A DNA stretch of 64,000 nt from NCBI RefSeq assembly GCF_048593235.1, contig NC_133622.1, positions 247,694,055-247,758,054 of the forward strand, in the 5' to 3' direction. Made by a program: the position numbers and the translations under genes. Under the pieces are notes generated by a model. It searched no databases, had not been told where the DNA came from, and saw only the letters and a list, made by a program, of their open reading frames with translations. Positions 24,316-32,896 of this stretch are shown here, piece by piece; the stretch's first letter is position 1, and every line of letters starts with the position of its first letter. Source of the DNA: Sminthopsis crassicaudata. Its lineage: Eukaryota.

Positions 24316-25239
24316 GGGTTCGGTTTGGTTCAACATTTAGGGAAGGAGAGAGGGGCTCTGGGGGAAAGCAGGGTGGTGAAGGAGTGAAGATTAGGTGGGA
24401 GGAGGGGCAGGGAAGGCGGGAGCCGCTGGGAGGCTCTGGGAAGCCGGCCTGGCCCCGGAGCCCCAGGGGGCAGAGAGGAGCACACAGCCGGCGGCTCGGC
24501 TCTCCAGGACAAGAGAGGGAGGGACCGGAGCGGGGGCGGGGGCACGACTCTCCCCTAACGGGCGCAGCGGGCAGGCCTGGCACCCGGCAGGGGAGGCACA
24601 GAGAGCGGCAAACGCCAGCCCTGCCCTCGAGGAGCTTCCGTTCAGCGCCTGCGCCCCTTCTTCCCGGATTTGAGACTATAGGGAGCTATCGGGTTTGAAT
24701 GGGCTTCGGTAAGGCTATAGAAAGTTGGGTTAGTGAGAGTTCAGATTGGGCAGAGCTTAAGTGGAGGTACTTGACGGGAATTCAGTTCTATAGAAAGTTA
24801 AGTAGGGGTACTTAGCATTAGTTCAGCTCTATAGAAAACTTGGGTGGTGTCGGCGGAACTCTATAGAAAGGTAAATTAGTGGTACTTAACAGAGGTGGGG
24901 GTGGGGCGGGCTTCCAGGTCAGGATAACGTGGGAAGTTTTTTGGGGGGTCTCCAGCCTCAGTTTCCCTTGTCAGATTCCCATCGAGCTCTTTAACCACGC
25001 GCAAACCCGGCGCGATCCGGCCTGGCCGCCCACGTGTCCGGGACCAATCACTTCATTTCTCTGCTGAATGCAGGGTGGGGGAGGGAGATAGCCAGAGCCG
25101 TCTCTCCCAGCCCTCCCGTACCATGGGCTCTCGGGCCTCGGAAGTTCCTTCCGCTCCTAACTCCCCGGATCCACGAACACCCCAAGCAGCACATCCCCTC
25201 CCCAACCCAGTACCCACAGCACGTGACAGCTAGAGGCCA

Positions 25240-26420
25240 TCCCAGGGGCTTCTGGGAAATGGAGTCTTCACTTACCCGAGACCGCTTCCAAAGAGCTCCG
25301 CCTCTCCCTTTTTACAGTTTACCAGAACTTCCGACTTCGCGCAGATTAGTTAGGGTGATGGAGTCTTCTGGTTCCCCCTCATCCAGCCGGCCTCTTCCCA
25401 GAGAGAACTTCCGGTCGCGTGCGAGGCAGCCTGGAGAATGGAGTCCAGCCTCTTAACATCCCTACAGATAACTTCCGGTATCGCGCGAGGCAGCCTGGGA
25501 AATGGAGTCTTGCAGGATTCCTCCGGCCTACCTCTTATCAGCCTGACTGCCAGTTATCATTCCTTCCTATAACTACGGATTTCGAATGAGGCAGCTTGGG
25601 AAATGGTGTTCTATGCTTCCGCTTGGCTCCCTTCCCACTCTTAATGTGTTCCCATTGCAACCCTGCACGGGACGAGAACTAGGCGGCGGCCGGAAACGCA
25701 GCCGGCCGGGAGGGCAAAATTTTAGCAAAACGAGAGGGAAAGAAAATGGGACCGAAGGCTGAGCGCTTTTGTCTGAGGGGTAGCGAACATGGCCGCCGGT
25801 TGGCCCATCGAGAGGCACTGGTGGGGGGGCTGGTGGCTAGAGCGGCTCCGGAGCCCGCGTCCACCACGCACTTCCGGGATTTAAGCGCGCCCTCCGGAAA
25901 GTGGAAGGCGGGTACTTTGGAGTTTCCATGGCAACCTAGGATGGCGGCACCGGGTGAGAGCCGGAATTGCGGCTCTGCAGCGTGGGGAGCGGGGAGCGGG
26001 GAGCGGGGAGCGGAGAGGGGAGGACTGACTCCGGGCAGCCGAGGGTTGTTGGGCAGGTCAGCCGGATCGGTTAGCCGTTGGTCCCCGGCCCGGCAGGGTG
26101 ACCTTGGGCCGCACGCCGTCCCCTCGAGCCTCAGTTTCCCTTTCTGCCCTACGGTTGCATCCATTTCCATTTCCGTTGCTCTTTAAGGCGTTGTCAGTCT
26201 CCCGTCGGTCAAACGGAGGCTCGCGTCACAAGTCCCGGACGTTCCTGGGTCGTGTCGGCGGAGCCCCTAACGCCGGCTGGGGGCCGAGGGCTGGGCCCCG
26301 GTCCTGGCTGACGGGCCCCGCCCCCTCTCACCCGCAGGCGCTTGGTCACAGACTGGCAGCGGCGCGCGCGGGGGTCCCGAGGCTTGAGGTCCCCCCGGGG
26401 GATGCCCCCCCAAGATGCTG
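25240..26420. promoter_or_regulatory. CYB561A3/TMEM138 bidirectional CpG-island promoter with non-coding first exons
   Basis: Minus-strand donor GG|GTAAGT at 25276/25275 (likely CYB561A3 exon 1) and plus-strand donor CGG|gtgaga at 25953/25954 (likely TMEM138 exon 1). ETS ACTTCCGG sites, ZNF143-type sites and an X-box. Confidence 0.8.
25922..25935 (+). promoter_or_regulatory. RFX X-box at TMEM138 first exon/promoter
   Basis: GTTTCCATGGCAAC matches the X-box consensus GTHNYY-AT-RRNAAC exactly; TMEM138 is a ciliary gene. Confidence 0.85.
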
Positions 26421-29400
26421 CAGCCCAGCAACTACAGCCTGGTGCTGTCCCTGCAGCTGGTGCTGCTGCTCTACGACCTGCTGGTGAACGCCTTCTCCGA
26501 GCTGCTGCGCGCCACCCCCGTGATGCAGCTGGTGCTCTTCATGTGAGTCCGCCTGCGCACGCGCGGGGGTGCGCCCGAGCGGGTGGGAGGGGGCCAGGCT
26601 GGCGGGCCTGCGCAGCCCCAGTGGTCCGGCCGTGGGAGGGGAGGGCCCTGAGCACGTCCCGGGAGGGGCCAGAGGCTGGCGGCCCCGTGCGGGGTCCGTG
26701 CCCAGGCCGGCGGGCCGCAGAGAGGGCAGGGACGGGAGCGAGCCCCTGACGTGTGCAGGCCCGGAGCAGCCGCCGCTCCGGAGACCCCTAGGCTGGAGGT
26801 TGGCGGCAGCCCGGGAGCGGGCACGGGCTCATCTGTCGCTTGTGCCTCTGCAGCATCCAAGACATCTGTATCCTCTTCAACATCATCATCATCTTCCTCA
26901 TGTTCTTCAACACCTTCGTGTTCCAGGCGGGGCTGATTAGCCTCCTCTTCCGGAAGTTCAAGGGGACCATCATCCTCACGGCCATCTACCTGGCGCTCAG
27001 CATCCCCCTCCACGTGTGGGTCCTGGTGAGCAAGGAGGTGGGTGGGAGGCGGCTCAGGCAGCCAGGCCCGGCCGGCCGCGGTTCCCCCCGCGGGGGGAGG
27101 GGAGCTGCCGCGGTTCCCCCCCGCGGGGGGAGGGGAGCCGCCCCGGCCATCTCGGTGTGGTGCCGGTTACGGCACCCCCCATCTCTGCTGCCGTCATTCC
27201 CCGTTCTGCTCCCTTCACTTTGCCTCAGCCTTCCTCTTCTTGCATCTTCCGCAGCCGTTCTTTCCTAGAGCGCGGTAATAATTTCATCCTGGTGCGCGAG
27301 CCATAGTTGGGAGCCGGTCCTCCCGGAGGTGTCTGCTGTGCTTCCGGTTCTTGCCCATTACAAGGAGCGCCTTGTGAACAGTCATGGGACCTTTCTGTTG
27401 GTCCTTGGTTTCCCCGGAGATCGGCGTGTCTGGCAGCAGCAAAATGTCTGGGTTAAAAGGTAGAAAGTTAGTCACTTTCTCCGCGAATTCCTCGCTTCGT
27501 CAGGGTGGCTGGCTCCCCCTTCCACCGCCCAGCGCCGCTGAGTCTGTCGCTCTGTTGCCCTTAATGGTCCCCTTGGCTGTTTACGAGGCATGCGCTGAAA
27601 GGGTGCGTGTCCTTCGGGGCTTTTCCTCTTCGTGACCCGGAGCAGGCTCTCCTGCAGGGTCGGGATCCCTGCTTTAAGGAGAAGACCCCATGCCTCAGGC
27701 TTCATGCAGCGCCGGCACCGCGCAGGGGGCCGCTCCAACCGAAGTGAGTCACTCCCTGCTTGCGCCGCCTCCTGTGTGGTAAATCCAGCCCAGAAAGCGC
27801 CACTCGCTTTCCGGATCATCCTTCACAGGACTCGTCCACAAGCAAGTGTCCGGACCCAGTTTTCCCACCAGGGGATTCCTGCAGTTTTCTGCCAGCCCAA
27901 AGGGAGCCTCCTTTTTCCAGTTTGACCATCTCCTAGGAGGAGAGGGGCCGTTTTCTGGCTGTCCCCCCCTGCGGGGAAGTGGTGGTTGTAGAAGTAACCA
28001 TGGAAGCATCCTCGGGGACTTTTGAGGTCCTTGTAACAAAGGTGTCTTAAGTGCGTGACGTGGGTGAGACGCTGCGCTGGGGACTGAGAAGGCAAGGTAA
28101 AAACCGCAAGTGTGCCCCCGGCTTCCTGTGAGGAGTTCATGTTGTCCCGGGGAGATACAGCACAGCCACAGGAGGAAATCCCAAGTAAGTTCTTGGGGGA
28201 AATGACGCCAATGGCCAGCGATGTCAGGAAAGACCTCGGGAGGAGGGAACTATTCCCAAGGTGCACGGGGGAGGAAGGGGAAAGGGGGAGGCAGGAGGGA
28301 ACAGTTGTAAAGACATCTTGTGCAAACACGGGAGAGGTGAAGTCAGAGAAGAGCGAGAGGGATGAGAAATAAGGCAGGAAAATTAAGGGGTTGGAATCCC
28401 AGACTGAGGCTGCTGTAGTTTATCCTAAGGAAGTGGCAACCTTTGATCGGATCAGCAGTTCAGGAACAACTATTTGGCAGCTATTTGGAGGATTGACTGT
28501 GGGACAAAAAAGAAGGAGACCCCCTTGTTCTCTTCCAAAAGGCCAAGTAAGAGATGTGGGGCCTTGCATTAGGTCAGAAGCTGCGTTCATGAAGAGCTGG
28601 GCCCTGGGGAGCTCGAGAAGAAGGAGAAGGGGGCGTTTGTGGAGTATTCTGCACTTGGAAACTCAGGAAGCTGGATGAAGTTTGGAGGAGGATGCAGTGG
28701 CTTGGCTCCCATTTGGAATAGCTTTAATTTTGAACATGTCAGCACAGAATCTTGCATACAGTAAGCACTTAGTAAATGCTTCTCCACTTCTTCCTGTTGG
28801 CTCTGAGATGTGTATAGGATATCCAGGGCAATTAGTAACACGAGACAGGAATTCTGGATGAATTTAAAGCTTGGGAGTCATATGTTTGGAGACAGTAATG
28901 GAGTGTGTAGGAGAAAAGCACACTGGGAACACAGGCTTTACGCGGAGGATGCTGATAATGATTTAATCAGAGAGTTAGAAAAGAGGACCCAGGAAGAGAA
29001 AGTAGTATTTCAGAAACCAAATGAATTGCAAACATTTCCAATAAAGCTCACATTTCAAAGAGAAGCTGTAAGGGTAAAATCAGGGTAAAGAAAGCATAGT
29101 GAGAGATTAAGAGAAGTTCTCTGTGGCAGCTCAAAAATACCTGAGTTCAAATCCAGCCTCAGACACTTAGGAGCTTGTGACCCTGGCTAAGTCATTTAAT
29201 TGCCTTTCTCCCATTCCCCCTCAAAAAAGGAAAAAAAAGTTCCTAGAGCAATCAAGGGTGAAAATAAAAGGACAACAAGCAGGAGATATTTGCTGCTGTC
29301 AAAAGAAACAACGCAGAATCCCCAGTGAAGAGGGATTTCTTAGAGGAAAGTCCTCCTGAAGCTCTTATTTATGGATAACACTGTCCGTACTGGTCCCATG

Positions 29401-31413
29401 GAGGCCCAGAACATGGCAGGGCCTCCTAGAAGAAATCCAGAATCATTCAGAAGATTTTGCTATAATCATACGGGGAAAAATAAGTGGATGAAGACTACCT
29501 GTTGTGGTAGATAGTCAAATGGACAATCTACAGAATACATCTATTACTATATACATAAAAATATGGAAATATATACATGCATACATATATATAGCCACAT
29601 ACACGTGTGTGTGTCCATGTGTATGTACATATATGATGGTGCAGAAAATAGCAATGCTTTCTTAAGAACTTTAGTCATCTCCCAGAAACAAGGGCTCATC
29701 TCATTTTTTAAGTTTCCTATTTAGTGATAATCTTTTGTTTTTACATCATCTTTATTTCCAGTGAAATTACCAGCCATTGATCTCTCCCATTTAACAGAGA
29801 TTTAGAAAGAGGAAAAGCAACAGCCGGGCCGCGCTTGCCCACATGCCCGCTGGATGGACAGTGTCCACAATGCATGAGTCGTGAGGGGAGCCCACCCTTG
29901 TACCCTGGGAGTCCTCATGGCACATTGCATTTGGGCGGGCCAACAAGGGCGGCCTGTGAGACGGTGGGACGAAAGATGGAGATCGGGCCCCCTCCGAGGC
30001 CTGCTGGCTGGCTACATGCCCCAAGATGCCAGCAGGAGCCCACCTAACATTGGGAGCAGATGCTTCCTCCATCTCAGAGAAGCGAGGGGACCTGGATCTT
30101 GAGAAGACTGGAACTTGGTGCCCCCCACTCCTGGTCCAGCTTTCCTTGCTCTGTTTAGAGCTGTTGTAGCAGCGGGCAAACCCTAGATCTGCCAGAGGCC
30201 CCTGCCCACAGGGTCGACCTCCTGAGGGCTGGTGTGGGGGGAACATCGCATCTGGGAGGTGCCCATTGACTGGCACGCTGACCTTTCTGGGAGTCTCAAC
30301 CCTGACATTCAACGTAAAGTCAGCCCCCTTCCCCAGGATTCCCTTCCTGAGGAGGAGGAAAAGCCATTCTGCATGAGGAAGACTCGGGGCAAGGCTGGGA
30401 TTCCAAAGACTCCCTCCCTCTGCTCCTAATGTGATCCACGGTTCCATGACAGTGGATCCTCCCAGCCTCCTTTCCCAGTAGCAGAGGAGCAGAGCTCACA
30501 AGGGGGAGACTGGCTAGTGCCGGTGATATGGCACTAAGCTGGCAGAGCTGCCACCGGCCGGGAACATAAGAGGATTTTCTGGGATCTTGATGCTGAAGCC
30601 AAAATAGGTTCTGCTTTTCCTTGTCAAAGCTGCTGAGCGGAGCAGTTTCATTCTGGGTACGCTTGAGCCCTCGGCTTCTGGGAGCAGAGGTTAGAGTGGG
30701 AGCCGGCCGGCCCCGCGGCCCAGGGAAGGGGGCTCGGCCCTGGGTCTCTCCTCCTAGTGAGTGAGAAGCACTGAAACACTTGACAAAGCATTGCATGGGG
30801 AAGGACTGAGCTTTCCTGGGAAAAGGAAGCAGTCTGTGGGCTCGGGGAGTGTGGGGGTTCTGAGCGGTCGGGCCCTGCCAGTTGGTCGCCTCAGCTTGGT
30901 GAGCCCTAGGCGCAGGGGGCCATCAGCATGGTCAGCCTGGAGCAGTCCAAGAGAGGATGGGGGCTTGTGGGTGGGGCAGAGAAGAGCTGGGCCCAATTTG
31001 CCCATTCAGGCCCCGGGGGCAGGAGGATGCCTCTGATGGCTGCCTTTCCCTCCTTTAGAACCTGCGCTGGAAAAGCTCCAAGCCATTTATCTGGACGGAT
31101 GGCCTTCAGACCCTGTTTGTGTTCCAAAGACTGGGTAAGGACCACATCCTCCTCCGGCCTTTCCCCTTCCCCGGGGAATATCCCCCCCTGCAGGGGTGTT
31201 CTGGCCAGTGTCATCCCTCAGCCTTGGGGTGCTGTCATCTCCCCAGAGGGGCAGCTGGAGGGGGCCAACCACTCAAGGCCCTTTTCTCCTCCTCCCCCAG
31301 CTGCCGTTCTGTATTGCTACTTCTACAAGAGGACAGCCATTCACCTGGGGGACCCTCGGTTCTACCAGGATTCTCTGTGGCTGCGCAAGGAGTTCACCCA
31401 AGTCCGAAACTGA
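26415..31413 (+). CDS. TMEM138: Transmembrane protein 138 (ciliary, Joubert syndrome gene), 162 aa
   Basis: Exons 26415-26542, 26854-27025, 31059-31134, 31301-31413; total 489 nt. Sequence [14 protein letters not shown]...[10 protein letters not shown]...NLRWK...YCYFYKRTA...[17 protein letters not shown]96, A126, A127 and Y130 present. Confidence 0.97.
29140..29205 (+). mobile_element. tRNA-derived SINE fragment (WSINE1/Mar1-like)
   Basis: cctgagttcaaatccagcctcagacacttag...tgtgaccctggctaagtcatttaattgcct. Confidence 0.65.
29550..29636. repeat. (TA/CA/TG)-rich low-complexity tract
   Basis: Alternating purine-pyrimidine run in TMEM138 intron 3. Confidence 0.7.
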
Positions 31414-31562
31414 CCCGGCAGCCAGAAGCCACACCTGGGCCCCACCGGTGAGGATCCCGGGGGGGTCTGAATTCCGAGGCGAGCTCACTTGCCCCAGCCC
31501 TTCCCTGCCCAGCCCCCACAACCCCTCTTCCCCACAGCTTCCTTCCTGCAGTGAGAGCTTTT

Positions 31563-31711
31563 ATTAAAGCAATTTTCCAGAATGCTGGGGCAACATCTGC
31601 CCTCCCCAGTGGGGCCCGGGGTCCAGGAGTAAGGCACGCCCAGTCACTTGGGACTTGCCGCTTTTCTGGCCTAGAGCCCTTTTGTACTGTTTTTTAAAAG
31701 TAAGAAATAAA
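31563..31711 (+). terminator. TMEM138 polyadenylation signals
   Basis: ATTAAA at 31563-31568 and AATAAA at 31706-31711, the latter with TGTA upstream near 31683. Confidence 0.65.
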
Positions 31712-32215
31712 TGTATCCCTTTTGCCGTAAATTTCCGAGGTTCCTTTATCTGCTTATGCTGGTGCCGAGGCCTCCTTTCCTTCGGGTTCTGGCCTCCACG
31801 ACTTCCCTGCAGAGCCAGCCTCAACTCTGACTCCCTAAGTGAAAACAAGGATTTGGGGCTCAAGGACTTTTGAGCCGCCATCTTGGTCGCTAGCCAAGAG
31901 TCACCCTGTGGTTCAGGGCTGGGGGGGCCCAGGCAGGGCCTGAAGCACAGGGTGCTCTTCGGGATTCAAGGCTGGCCCCCAGCTGTTCCCTGTGTGGCGG
32001 GGACTGTGTCTCAGAGCCTCCGTTTCTTCCATCTCTGAAGTGGGGGAAATGCTTTTCAGAAAGTGCTTTGCAAAATTACCTTGGCTTTGCTCATGTTCTA
32101 TCTATTCCCATATAAAGGATGGGTACAAAGTGGGCACGGGGCGGACCACCTGTCCAAGTCACTGGGGAATGGAGAGGCTGACACTTAGCAAGCTCTTTGG
32201 GGGGACGTGTGTGCA

Positions 32216-32223
32216 TGACGTCA
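32216..32223. promoter_or_regulatory. Full palindromic CRE in the TMEM138-TMEM216 intergenic region
   Basis: TGACGTCA about 680 nt upstream of the TMEM216 ATG; motif match only. Confidence 0.35.
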
Positions 32224-32873
32224 CCTGCTGAGGAGGAGGGGCTGCAGATGGGGAGGGGGTCTGTGGGGTGGGGGTGGGGGTGCCATCCATCCCACCTCCC
32301 AGATGCTGCTGCTAAGTGGGGGTCTGGGACCATGTTAGAGGTGGAAAGGACCTCGTGTGTATACACGAGGACATTGAGGCACACAGGGCCAGAGGTCACG
32401 AGCCCCCCAACGAACCCCAAATGCCATTTCCTTCTCCCTGAAGGCGGGGCGTCCACTCACTGAGGGAGGGGGAGGGCTATGGACGGCTTTGGGGCTCCGT
32501 CCTGCGGGTCAGAGAGGAGCTTGGGAGAAGAGATTAGGAAGCTGGGAACTGAGGGGTTCCAAAGAGAGGGAGGAGGAGCGGGGGCTCTTCCCGCCTGCCT
32601 CAGTGTCCCCATGTGTGCTGGGGAGCAAAGTAGGGGCCTGGGAGGGCGGGGCACGATCAGCTTTGGGAGGAGAGCTGAGGTCTGGGGAGGGGCTGCCGGG
32701 GAGAAGAGAAGGCTGAGGTCCTGTGTGGGCGGCCCCTGAGGTCGGCCCCGCCCCGCCCCCGGGGCCCCGCCCTCGCCCTGAGCAGCTGGCCTCCGCGCAT
32801 GCTCGGAGCCTGTGTCCACCGAGTTAAGAGGCTGCCAGCTAGAGCAGCCCTTCCGGCGGGCGCCGCGGCAGCA

Positions 32874-32887
32874 GTTTCCATGGGGAC
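32874..32887 (-). promoter_or_regulatory. RFX X-box at TMEM216 first exon/promoter
   Basis: The minus strand reads GTCCCCATGGAAAC, matching GTHNYY-AT-RRNAAC, 9 nt upstream of the TMEM216 ATG, in a CpG-rich segment with a GC box near 32746. Confidence 0.8.
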
Positions 32888-32896
32888 TGAGCGGCG

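Noticed and set aside
25031-25048. E-box plus CCAAT as a TFEB CLEAR site for the lysosomal gene
   Set aside because: CCACGTGT lacks the TCACGTGA flanks of CLEAR, and short motifs are frequent in CpG islands.
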